Assembly (NCBI GenBank): GCA_019873735.1
Contig: JAIOAQ010000008.1
Location: forward strand, 16,651 to 80,650
Reading direction: 5' to 3'
Length of the DNA: 64,000 nucleotides
DNA from: Chloroflexota bacterium
GTDB taxonomy: Bacteria > Chloroflexota > Anaerolineae > Anaerolineales > Villigracilaceae
Part shown: positions 56,510 to 64,000 of the stretch, piece after piece
Layout: each line of letters opens with the position of its first letter
Numbering within the stretch: the stretch's first letter is position 1
Notes under the pieces: model-generated
What the model saw: the letters and a program-made list of their open reading frames with translations, nothing else
Told to the model about the DNA's origin: nothing
The model's database searches: none
Translations under genes and position numbers: made by a program

Positions 56510-58034
56510 ACGCGCTTCTGGCATCCTTTTACATCCCACCAGCCTGCCCGGCCCGTACGGAATCGGCGATTTGGGCCCGCAGGCCTACCGCTTTCTCGAT
56601 TTCCTGGCCGCCGCCGATTGCGGCCTGTGGCAGGTCTTGCCGTTAGGCCCTACCGGCTACGGCGATTCACCCTACCAGTGCTTTTCGGCTTTCGCGGGCA
56701 ATCCTTACATCATCAGCCCCGATTTGTTGCTGCAAGAAGGGCTGCTCAGCCATGACGACTTGGTGGATCGCCCCGCCTTTCCTGCCGAACGGGTGGATTA
56801 CGGCGCCGTCATTTGGTGGAAACTCGGCCTGCTTGACCGTGCCGCCATTCAATTTGAACACAATCCACCCGATGGCTTGCGGGCAGAATATGAAGCCTTC
56901 TGCGCGGCGCAATCCGACTGGCTGGACGACTTTGCCCTGTTCATGGTTCTCAAGGAAGAGAACGGCGGTTCTTCCTGGGACCATTGGCCGGCTCCGCTTC
57001 GAAAGCGCGATGCCGCAGCCCTGACCGAGGCTCGCCGGCGCCTGCATGCTGCCTTAACCCGCCAAAAGTTCCGCCAGTTTATCTTTTTCCGCCAGTGGCA
57101 GCGCTTACGTGAATATGCCCGTTCGCTGGGGATTCAAATCATTGGCGATATTCCTATCTTTGTCGCCTATGATAGCGCCGATGTCTGGACTCATCCCGAA
57201 CTTTTTTATCTGGATGCCGAGGGCAAACCCAGCGTGGTGGCTGGCGTGCCGCCCGACTATTTCTCTCCGACCGGCCAACTGTGGGGCAATCCGCTCTATC
57301 GTTGGGAGGCCCATCGCGCCGATGGATATGCCTGGTGGACCGCGCGTCTGCGCGCCACCCTGGAGATGGTGGACATCATCCGCCTTGATCATTTTCGCGG
57401 CTTTGCTGGCTATTGGGAAGTGCCGGCTGGTATGCCCACTGCCGAGATCGGCCGCTGGGTTCCTGGGCCGGGCGCCGACTTGTTCTTGGCTTTACGCCGC
57501 TCGCTGGGCGAGTTGCCCATCATCGCCGAAGACCTGGGAGAGATCACCCCAGATGTCATTGCCCTGCGCGATCAGTTTGACTTGCCGGGGATGAAGATTT
57601 TACAATTTGCATTTAGCGGCCCGGAAAACCCCTTCTTGCCGCATCACTATCCCCGCAATTGTGTCGCTTACACAGGCACACATGATAACGATACTGCCAT
57701 CGGCTGGTATGAGACTGCTCCCCAAGAAGAACGCGCTTTTGCCGATGCCTATCTCAACCGCCGCACTCCTGGCGACTCGTCCGGCTTTGCTGTCGATCTG
57801 GCGCGGGCGGTATGGGCCTCTACGGCCGTTTTTGCCCTGGCCCCCATGCAAGACCTGTTAGCGTTGGACACTCGAGGGCGTATGAATTACCCCGGCCGCG
57901 AGTCTGGCAATTGGGGCTGGCGCATGCCCGAAGACGCGCTCGACGACTCCCTCCAGGCAAGAATCAAGACCTGGAACTGGATGTACAGCCGACAGCGGCG
58001 TTCTCCCGTTACTGCATCTCAAGCGGACGCCTGA
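56499..58034 (+). CDS. malQ: 4-alpha-glucanotransferase (amylomaltase)
   Basis: Start placed at [18 protein letters not shown] (56499), overlapping the glgC stop by 11 nt. GH77 motifs (RLDHFRGF, IIAEDLG, YTGTHDN). Confidence 0.9.
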   Translation: MKFERASGILLHPTSLPGPYGIGDLGPQAYRFLDFLAAADCGLWQVLPLGPTGYGDSPYQCFSAFAGNPYIISPDLLLQEGLLSHDDLVDRPAFPAERVDYGAVIWWKLGLLDRAAIQFEHNPPDGLRAEYEAFCAAQSDWLDDFALFMVLKEENGGSSWDHWPAPLRKRDAAALTEARRRLHAALTRQKFRQFIFFRQWQRLREYARSLGIQIIGDIPIFVAYDSADVWTHPELFYLDAEGKPSVVAGVPPDYFSPTGQLWGNPLYRWEAHRADGYAWWTARLRATLEMVDIIRLDHFRGFAGYWEVPAGMPTAEIGRWVPGPGADLFLALRRSLGELPIIAEDLGEITPDVIALRDQFDLPGMKILQFAFSGPENPFLPHHYPRNCVAYTGTHDNDTAIGWYETAPQEERAFADAYLNRRTPGDSSGFAVDLARAVWASTAVFALAPMQDLLALDTRGRMNYPGRESGNWGWRMPEDALDDSLQARIKTWNWMYSRQRRSPVTASQADA

Positions 58035-58314
58035 TGTGCCAGATCACTTTTCCGATGACGGCCTCGGCTCGAATCGGACCGAGGATATGGCTGCTCAAAC
58101 TCTGAGCATGGCTCCCGCCGACGAGAATCCCCCCGTCTGCTTCGAAGCCCTCCACGCGTTTGATGAGTGTGCCGTAAGTGTGATCCTGAAACACGATGAC
58201 ATCCCCCGTCTTCAGACGACGTAAAAAGAAGGGGAGCGTGGTAATCACCACGAAATCCCCTTCTTTATATTCTGGACTCAGGCTTTCGCCTTGGACGCGC
58301 TGAATGCGCAACAT
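58009..58314 (-). CDS. sodX: S26-type signal-peptidase-like NiSOD maturation protease
   Basis: 101 aa. GESLSP serine motif (cf. GDSMxP) and ...GTLIKRV... (lysine region). The start codon abuts the sodN stop (TAAATG). The 3' end overlaps convergent malQ by 26 nt. Confidence 0.7.
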   Translation of the reverse strand: MLRIQRVQGESLSPEYKEGDFVVITTLPFFLRRLKTGDVIVFQDHTYGTLIKRVEGFEADGGILVGGSHAQSLSSHILGPIRAEAVIGKVIWHIRRPLEMQ

Positions 58315-58815
58315 TTACAGGTTCGGGTAGACCAGTTCCAGGTTGGGCGCGTAGGGGGCCTTTGCCCGTTTGGTGGTAATGCCCTTGGTTTCCCAGAAAA
58401 TCTCGGCAAACTGATTGATGGATTCCACAAACTCCAACGCGGTTTCGCGGTTGGCGCTCTGGCGCACCTTAGAGCCGAGTTGCATGATTTTGTGTACCAG
58501 TTCGTGCGCGTTGGGGTGTTTTTCCAGATGCTGAGCCTTCAGGTAATCGCCCCAGATAACGCGAATTTCGTGCTTGGCTTTCTCGGCGTGCTCTTCTTTG
58601 ACTGCAATATAACGGCTAATCGTGTTGTGATATTCCAGGGCGTCCTTTTTTTCGCCGCCTTCCAGGCCGGTCATCAGGTCAATCATGCGGACAACGGTCA
58701 GGGCGGCAATTTGGGCAATGATGGGGTCATAAATGCCGCAAGGGATATCACAGTGTGCTTTGACACGCCCAAAATGTAGTTTTTGGTCCAGTTTTTCCAA
58801 CAGGTGATAGATCAT
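58315..58815 (-). CDS. sodN: Nickel superoxide dismutase precursor
   Basis: 166 aa. A 20-aa leader precedes the Ni-hook HCDIPCGIYDP. The rest aligns by eye to Streptomyces SodN (four-helix bundle, ...IFWETK...). Confidence 0.88.
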   Translation of the reverse strand: MIYHLLEKLDQKLHFGRVKAHCDIPCGIYDPIIAQIAALTVVRMIDLMTGLEGGEKKDALEYHNTISRYIAVKEEHAEKAKHEIRVIWGDYLKAQHLEKHPNAHELVHKIMQLGSKVRQSANRETALEFVESINQFAEIFWETKGITTKRAKAPYAPNLELVYPNL

Positions 58816-59045
58816 AGGTCCTCCTAATATTTGAACATGAGAATTCGGTACTTCCTACCCTGCTGCCTTTGCGTATCGAGAATGTTTTGGCAAATGGCCC
58901 GCGAAGAGCGCGTCAGATCTCTCAGGCAGGTGATTACAAACGCGACTTTATCTTACTTATAAAGACTTTTCTTGTCAAGATTGACGGGTTTTGACTTGCC
59001 AGATTTGTAGCGGCCAGCACCCTTCGGGAAAACTGCCATGTAATT

Positions 59046-59077
59046 CAAGACAAGGACGCCAAAGCGTCCTTGTCTTG
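59046..59077 (-). terminator. Hairpin terminator downstream of groES
   Basis: Perfect 14-bp stem CAAGACAAGGACGC / GCGTCCTTGTCTTG with a 4-nt loop, 16 nt after the groES stop. There is no clear U-tract. Confidence 0.55.
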
Positions 59078-59092
59078 GGGAAGTGACCGTTG

Positions 59093-59368
59093 TCAATCGA
59101 GCAAGCGGGCAAGCACATCGCTGCATTCCATCAGCAGGTATTCTGTGCCGTCCCATTTGACTTCAGTGCCGCTGTATTTGGCAAACAAGACCCGGTCGTT
59201 GACTTTTAACTTGATTTCCTCGTCATCCCCAACGGCCACAACAACGCCGGTTTGGGGTTTTTCCTTGGCCGTTTCGGGCAACAACAGGCCGGAGGAAGTT
59301 TTGCTTTCCTGTTCCAGCGGTTGAATGAGGACGCGAGCGCCCATGGGTTGAATTTTGATTTTGTTCAC
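59093..59368 (-). CDS. groES: Co-chaperonin GroES (no adjacent groEL)
   Basis: KIKIQPMGARVLIQP ... GLLLPETAKEKPQTGVVVAVG ... The probable start is the GTG at 59368, 6 nt after GGAGG. The ORF-track ATG at 59380 lies inside that Shine-Dalgarno. Confidence 0.88.
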   Translation of the reverse strand: MNKIKIQPMGARVLIQPLEQESKTSSGLLLPETAKEKPQTGVVVAVGDDEEIKLKVNDRVLFAKYSGTEVKWDGTEYLLMECSDVLARLLD

Positions 59369-59394
59369 AATTACCTCCAAAGTTTGATCAGGAT

Positions 59395-59652
59395 TTAGAG
59401 TGCAAGGTATTTATCAATTTTTTGGCGGTCAAAGCCGATTACAATCTTGCCGCCAATGTCAATCACCGGCACGCCTTGTTGACCCGAACGGCGTACCATG
59501 TCGCGTGCTGCCGCCATATCGCGCGAGACATCTACATCTTTAAATTTGATTCCCCGTTCGCGAAGGTATTTTTTTGCCATATTGCAATAGGTACATGTAG
59601 GGGTGGTAAAAATAATCACACGGGGCTGGGGTTTTGTTTCTTTCACAGGCAC
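59395..59652 (-). CDS. Glutaredoxin-like small redox protein (CxxC = CTYC)
   Basis: 85 aa. IIFTTPTCTYCNMAKKYL ... GVPVIDIGGKIVIGFD, a thioredoxin-fold glutaredoxin pattern. Confidence 0.8.
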   Translation of the reverse strand: MPVKETKPQPRVIIFTTPTCTYCNMAKKYLRERGIKFKDVDVSRDMAAARDMVRRSGQQGVPVIDIGGKIVIGFDRQKIDKYLAL

Positions 59653-59770
59653 ACCTCTTTGCAGTTAGTGTTGAGAACTGATCCGAAAATTCTTGAATGC
59701 CGCGCCTCTAGGAGGCGCTTTTATGCTAAGGCCACTGTTATAGATGCCATTGGTCCAAAAAAGTTACATC

Positions 59771-59890
59771 AATTTCTACCTGCCCTCCCGCAGGTTTTAG
59801 CACAATGTCCGAACCACAAACATTGCCGTGATTGTCAGCATTGGTTGCCAGTCCCGTTTTAACCTGCGGGAGGGTTAAGGGTAGGCAATT
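59771..59890 (+). repeat. Intergenic inverted-repeat element, full copy D (~120 nt)
   Basis: AATTTCTACCTGCCCTCCCGCAGGTTTTAGCACAATGTCC ... GTTTTAACCTGCGGGAGGGTTAAGGGTAGGCAATT. The arms can pair over about 19+ bp. Confidence 0.75.
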
Positions 59891-60003
59891 CCCATTATTT
59901 GCCTTTTTTCGTTGGTAGCCCTCCCTGTTTTTTGCAGTCGGGTCGGTTATGTAGTAAAATTCAAAATCAATATTGGTTTCTGCTGTTTGCAAAAGGAGGC
60001 AAA

Positions 60004-60402
60004 ATGACGCACGTAATTACCAGTTTATGCTTACGCGACAGTGGTTGTGTGGAGGTGTGTCCGGTGGAATGTATTGTCCCCGGCAAGCCGGTCGAACAAT
60101 GGCCGCTTTATTATATTGACCCCGATACTTGTATTGACTGCGGCGCTTGCGTTCCAGAATGCCCGTTTAGCGCCATTTTCCCGGAAGATGAAGTGCCTTC
60201 GGCCTATACGGCTCGTGGCGGCGAACTGATCAACCAGGTTGGCCTGAGCGGGCATTATGAAGGCAAAAACCATCACGGCCAGCCCGTTGTCTTGAATTCG
60301 GTGCGCGCTCTGGAAGCGGGCGAGGTGGTGGACCTGACCCCTGCCATTGCCCAAAACGCTGAGTACTTCAAGAGCGGCCCGGGTTACAGCGCCAACGATT
60401 AA
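60004..60402 (+). CDS. Ferredoxin (two Fe-S cluster motifs)
   Basis: Start placed at MTHVITS (60004), after GGAGG. CLRDSGCVEVCP and CIDCGACVPECP motifs. Confidence 0.8.
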   Translation: MTHVITSLCLRDSGCVEVCPVECIVPGKPVEQWPLYYIDPDTCIDCGACVPECPFSAIFPEDEVPSAYTARGGELINQVGLSGHYEGKNHHGQPVVLNSVRALEAGEVVDLTPAIAQNAEYFKSGPGYSAND

Positions 60403-60417
60403 TTTTTCTCCAAGGGA

Positions 60418-60444
60418 AAGGGTCGCGCTTCAAGCGCGGCCCTT
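60418..60444. terminator. Hairpin between convergent ferredoxin and SEDS-PBP genes
   Basis: AAGGGTCGCGC ttcaa GCGCGGCCCTT, an 11-bp stem with one G-U pair, followed by ATTGATT. It overlaps the stop codon of the minus-strand gene. Confidence 0.5.
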
Positions 60445-63034
60445 ATTGATTAAGCGCAGCCTGCAAGACAGCCTGCCCGATGTATTCGGCCAGGTAAGGA
60501 TTGTCTTCTTCTAGCAGAACGGCAACTGCAACGGGAACCCCCTGCCAGTTGGGCAGACTGCCGCCCACATACCAGGTGTAGGCTTCTTTTGCAGGTAGGC
60601 TCCTTCCGCCGGCCTGCCAGTAGGGTTGTTCGCCGTTTATCAGGGTCTTGATGGCGTCCTGTGCGGCCCCGGCGGGATAGACCCGTACCGCCTCTTGCGA
60701 AGGCGGTAGCACCACCCACCCCTGCTCTGGGGTATTGACGGCCAGGACGAGATGGGGGGCAGGCCGTAGCCCGTCATTGCTCAAGGCGGCTGCAGCCAAA
60801 GCCATTTGTAACGGACTGATTTTCAAGCCATTCAAACCCAAGGCGGCGGTGCCTGGCGTTGTCTTGATTTGTCGCTCTGAGACGGCTGCTGCCGGCAGGC
60901 GAACTTGTGGGACGGTGTAGAATCCCAGCCGGTCGTACAGACTTAAGAGGCCGCCGGTCCCAATTTGGCTGCCAAGAGCGTGGACTGCCGCCGGACAGCC
61001 ATTTTGGGCGGCATAGTTCCAGGTGGGGGCTGCTTCAGATGGGGGGTGCAGACAGTCGGCTTGCGCTCCATTGATTCTTAGCCACAGACTGGATGGCAGG
61101 GCAGGGAGGTCGTTATAAGTGGCCGTCAGCAGGAACGGCCCCAGGGCCGTACCGGGGGGGTAGGTGCTTTGGACAGCCCGATTCAGAAAGGGGGAATCTT
61201 TGGCCGAGAGCAACTCTTGGCCGATGCTTTCGAGCACGCCCGGATTGTATGTGGGGTGAGACGCCATGGCAAGGATTTCGCCGTTGGCGGCGTTGACCAA
61301 AACCAGCGCCCCGGAATGTTTCCCCAACAACTCATCGGCGCGTTTTTGCAATTTCAAGTCGATGCTCAGCCGGACGTCCAGGCCGGGGGGCGGCTGCCCA
61401 TAGAGCAGGTGATGCCACCAGATCAATCTGGCCGGGTTGCCCTCCAGGCCGCGCAGGTACGGGTCGAGGGAGGCTTCCAGGCCGGCCTGACCGTAAGTTG
61501 GTTGCGTATAGCCAACAACGGGGGCCAGTTGTGGGTAAAGGTAAACGCGCCGGAACGAACCCGTCTGGCCGCGCGTAACGGTAATGCCGGAACCATTGCG
61601 ATCCAACAGGCTGCCGCGGCGGACGTAACGGTCTGCCAGTGCCCGGCGCGGGTTGTCGGTTCGGGTGAGCAAGTCTGGGCCGCGCACAACCGCCCACCAG
61701 CCGTTTACCAGCATACTGGCTCCTATTCCAAGCAGAAGCAGACTGTTGAGTAAAACGTACGGCTTTGGATGGTTGAGGGGGGCAGGGGTGTTTTCTTCGT
61801 TGTTGCTGATGATAAGTAAGAACAGCGCGGCCAGAAAACCGCTGAGCAGAGAAGTTCCCCCGTAAGAGACAAATGGCAGCGTGATGCCTGTCAGCGGTAA
61901 GAGGCGCAGCGTACCGCCTACAATCAGGATGGCCTGAATTGCCAGGTAGGTGCTCAATCCGCCGGCAAGCAAGCGGCGGAAATGTCCTGAGGCTCGCAGG
62001 GCAATGTGAAAACCGCGAGTGACCAGAAGTGCCATTGTGGCAAGCAGGGCACTGCTGCCGAGCAGGCCGGTTTCTTCGGCGATGGCCGCAAAGATAAAGT
62101 CGGAGTGTGCTACCGGCACCAAGCCTGGACTTCCCAGCCCTGGCCCGCGTCCCAAGATGCCGCCGTTGGCAACAGCCAAAAGAGACTGAATGATTTGATA
62201 GCCGCTGCCGGCCGGGTCTGTCCACGGGTCCAGCCAGGCGTTCAGACGCAGACGCACGATATCGACGAAGAAGTACCCCACGACGCCGGCCAGGAACAGG
62301 GTGGCAGCCGAGAAGAACAATACGCGCTTTTTGCCTGTTGCCAGGTAGAGCATGGCTGCTTGAAGACAGATAAAAATCGAAGCCGTTCCCAGGTCGCGTT
62401 GAACAAGCAACAAAATCAACGCGGTTCCGCTCAGGACGAATGTGGGGGTCAGAAAGCCGGAGCCGCGTAAACGCGCGTTCGGATGATCGGCGAGGTAGGC
62501 CGCGAGATAAATCACCAGCAGTAGTTTGAGCGGTTCGGATGGCTGAATGTAGATGCCGCAACAGCCCAGCCAGAGCCGGGGACCAATGCCGGCGGGGTTG
62601 GTGCCCAAAACCAAGGTCAAGGCAGTTAACAGCAAACCGCCGGTCAGAAGCACGTATTTGTAGCGGCGCAAGAAATCAAGGGTCGCGGGGAGTCTTAAAC
62701 CGGCGATCAACACGAGGCCGGCAAAACCTATCCAGATGGTCTGGCGCAGGCCAAAGGAGGGAGATAAGCGCCAAACGGTTAACAGCCCCCATCCGCTTAA
62801 GAGGGCTGTGGCCGGTAAGATGTAAGGATCGCGGTCGGCCAGCCATTGCTGCGTTTGCTGATTTGCCAGGGCGAAGATTAAAGCCCAACCTGCCAGCGCC
62901 AGCCAGTGGGTCCAGCGCAGAGCCGTTGGCCAGAGGCGCGTTTGAACTGCAGGGGAGAGGGTCAGCCCCAGCGCATACAGAAACAGCATGCCCCCTGCCA
63001 GAATCAGCAGGCGGTTTTGCAGCCGATCAGTCAT
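60443..63034 (-). CDS. Fusion protein: SEDS (FtsW/RodA) peptidoglycan polymerase + class-B PBP-like domain with degenerate transpeptidase motifs
   Basis: Start placed at MTDRLQNRLL (63034), 8 nt after the MTAP stop. SEDS motifs: QPSEPLKL, HSDFIFAAIAEETG, PLTGITLPFVSYGGTS. A further TM follows, then a PBP dimerisation/pedestal pattern (RRGSLLDRNG, GQAGLEASLD, GEILAMASHPTYNP). The SxxK position reads TALG. Confidence 0.8.
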   Translation of the reverse strand: MTDRLQNRLLILAGGMLFLYALGLTLSPAVQTRLWPTALRWTHWLALAGWALIFALANQQTQQWLADRDPYILPATALLSGWGLLTVWRLSPSFGLRQTIWIGFAGLVLIAGLRLPATLDFLRRYKYVLLTGGLLLTALTLVLGTNPAGIGPRLWLGCCGIYIQPSEPLKLLLVIYLAAYLADHPNARLRGSGFLTPTFVLSGTALILLLVQRDLGTASIFICLQAAMLYLATGKKRVLFFSAATLFLAGVVGYFFVDIVRLRLNAWLDPWTDPAGSGYQIIQSLLAVANGGILGRGPGLGSPGLVPVAHSDFIFAAIAEETGLLGSSALLATMALLVTRGFHIALRASGHFRRLLAGGLSTYLAIQAILIVGGTLRLLPLTGITLPFVSYGGTSLLSGFLAALFLLIISNNEENTPAPLNHPKPYVLLNSLLLLGIGASMLVNGWWAVVRGPDLLTRTDNPRRALADRYVRRGSLLDRNGSGITVTRGQTGSFRRVYLYPQLAPVVGYTQPTYGQAGLEASLDPYLRGLEGNPARLIWWHHLLYGQPPPGLDVRLSIDLKLQKRADELLGKHSGALVLVNAANGEILAMASHPTYNPGVLESIGQELLSAKDSPFLNRAVQSTYPPGTALGPFLLTATYNDLPALPSSLWLRINGAQADCLHPPSEAAPTWNYAAQNGCPAAVHALGSQIGTGGLLSLYDRLGFYTVPQVRLPAAAVSERQIKTTPGTAALGLNGLKISPLQMALAAAALSNDGLRPAPHLVLAVNTPEQGWVVLPPSQEAVRVYPAGAAQDAIKTLINGEQPYWQAGGRSLPAKEAYTWYVGGSLPNWQGVPVAVAVLLEEDNPYLAEYIGQAVLQAALNQ

Positions 63035-63042
63035 CAGGTTTG

Positions 63043-63906
63043 TTATAAGTATTTCTTGACAAGCAGGTCTAATTTTTGACGGGTAGCGGCGGGAATGGCT
63101 TCGCGCCGGGTGATGATGGCGGTTGCCAGGGCGTCTTTGCACTCACAAGCGCGTTCTGCCTCGAAATGGCTGGTCAGGGCTTGAATGGCCTTTTGCGCCA
63201 GTTGCGTATTGTGCTGCAGGGTTTCAATCACCATCTCTACGGTCACCGGCGATTCGCTCACATGCCAGACGTCGTAATCGGTGACGTGCGCCATGACGGC
63301 GTAACACATTTCGGCCTCGCGTGCCAGAAAGGCCTCAGGCGAGGTCGTCATGCCGATCAGCGACATTCCCCAGGCGCGGTAGGTATTGGATTCGGCCCTT
63401 GTCGAGAAACGGGGGCCCTCGATGGTGATAAATGCGCCGCCGGTATGAACGCTTCCGCCTGTCTGACGAACGGCCTGCTCTACCTGCCTTGAAAGGCGCG
63501 GACAGAAAGGTTCGGCAACGCTGACGTGGGCCACCAGGCCTTCGCCGAAGAACGTGCGCGCTCTTCCGCGTGTATTGTCAAAGAGTTGGTCGGGGATGAC
63601 AATTTCGCCCGGAGCGTAGTCTTCTCGCAGCGAGCCGCAGGCGCTGATGCTGACGATTTGCTCCACTCCCAGCATTTTCAGGGCATAAATGTTGGCGCGG
63701 TAATTGACTTCGGCTGGCGTGATGTGATGACCTATGCCGTGCCGCGCCAGAAAGGCAACGCCCACGCCGTTTAGCGTGCCAACGACGATGGGGGCGCTTG
63801 GGCTGCCAAAGGGGGTTGAGGGCGAGACTTCTTGGGCCTCGCCCAGGCCGGGCATATCGTACAGCCCAGAGCCGCCAATGATACCAAGTTGAACGTTGAT
63901 GCTCAT
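63043..63906 (-). CDS. mtnP: S-methyl-5'-thioadenosine phosphorylase
   Basis: 287 aa. LGIIGGSGLYDMPGL N-terminus and the PNP/MTAP family pattern throughout. Confidence 0.88.
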   Translation of the reverse strand: MSINVQLGIIGGSGLYDMPGLGEAQEVSPSTPFGSPSAPIVVGTLNGVGVAFLARHGIGHHITPAEVNYRANIYALKMLGVEQIVSISACGSLREDYAPGEIVIPDQLFDNTRGRARTFFGEGLVAHVSVAEPFCPRLSRQVEQAVRQTGGSVHTGGAFITIEGPRFSTRAESNTYRAWGMSLIGMTTSPEAFLAREAEMCYAVMAHVTDYDVWHVSESPVTVEMVIETLQHNTQLAQKAIQALTSHFEAERACECKDALATAIITRREAIPAATRQKLDLLVKKYL

Positions 63907-64000
63907 TGCGTCTCCAAAATCTCAAATTTTAGGCCGCGGTTGTACCCGTTCCAGATTCGATTCTGCAACTTGCAGGGCAATCAGACTGCTTCCGCAGCGG

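Noticed and set aside
59369-59380. The ATG at 59380 as the groES start (ORF-track model, MEVIVNK...).
   Set aside because: That ATG overlaps the GGAGG Shine-Dalgarno itself. The GTG at 59368, 6 nt downstream of GGAGG, gives the canonical GroES N-terminus (xNKIKIQPMGARVLI).
61332-62561. 409-aa same-strand alternate-frame ORF inside the SEDS-PBP gene.
   Set aside because: It is extremely Arg/Pro/Gly/Ser-rich with no motif. The overlapping frame carries clear SEDS and PBP signatures, so this is a frame artefact.
1-64000. CRISPR arrays, prophage or integrative elements, transposases, toxin-antitoxin pairs and known defence systems.
   Set aside because: No regularly spaced direct repeats were seen, and no integrase, transposase, capsid, terminase, restriction-modification, Cas or other defence-type proteins appear in any frame. 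tRNA-Gly shows no adjacent integrase or duplicated 3' end.

Overview
This is a bacterial chromosomal window, fairly GC-rich by eye. The style of its gene content suggests a Chloroflexota/Anaerolineae-like organism: very large multi-GAF signalling proteins, a four-subunit 2-oxoacid:ferredoxin oxidoreductase, Ni-superoxide dismutase and a SEDS-PBP fusion. That placement is inference only, with no search run. I can support about 49 protein genes, one tRNA-Gly(CCC), a family of ~120-nt intergenic inverted-repeat elements, several hairpin terminators and one promoter.

Layout:
- 0.1-15.7 kb: biotin-dependent acyl-CoA carboxylase genes, two GT-C type glycosyltransferase-like membrane proteins flanking a quinone oxidoreductase, acyl-CoA dehydrogenase, DppA, a CPBP protease, ComEA, DegV and an EamA transporter.
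- 15.8-43.2 kb: the outstanding region. It is a 27.4-kb block of 14 genes, all on the minus strand, with gaps of 3-69 nt or overlaps. In transcription order it holds two single-domain response regulators, then seven paralogous membrane sensors (HAMP/signalling-helix/GAF) in which I find no output domain, interleaved with two orphan lipoprotein solute-binding proteins. These are followed by an orphan ParA-like ATPase, a 1608-aa multi-GAF/PAS hybrid histidine kinase with two receiver domains, and a threonine-synthase-like PLP enzyme fused to a receiver domain.
- 43.6-64 kb: tRNA-Gly, a REC-DUF192-LysM/M23 operon, ftsH, korDABC-type oxidoreductase, two lipoproteins, glgA-glgC-malQ, sodN-sodX, grx-like plus orphan groES, a ferredoxin, a SEDS-PBP fusion whose transpeptidase motifs look degenerate, and MTAP.

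I propose the central block as a candidate undescribed integrated sensory system. No CRISPR array, prophage, transposase or recognisable defence genes were seen. All domain calls were made by eye from motifs and need HMM confirmation.
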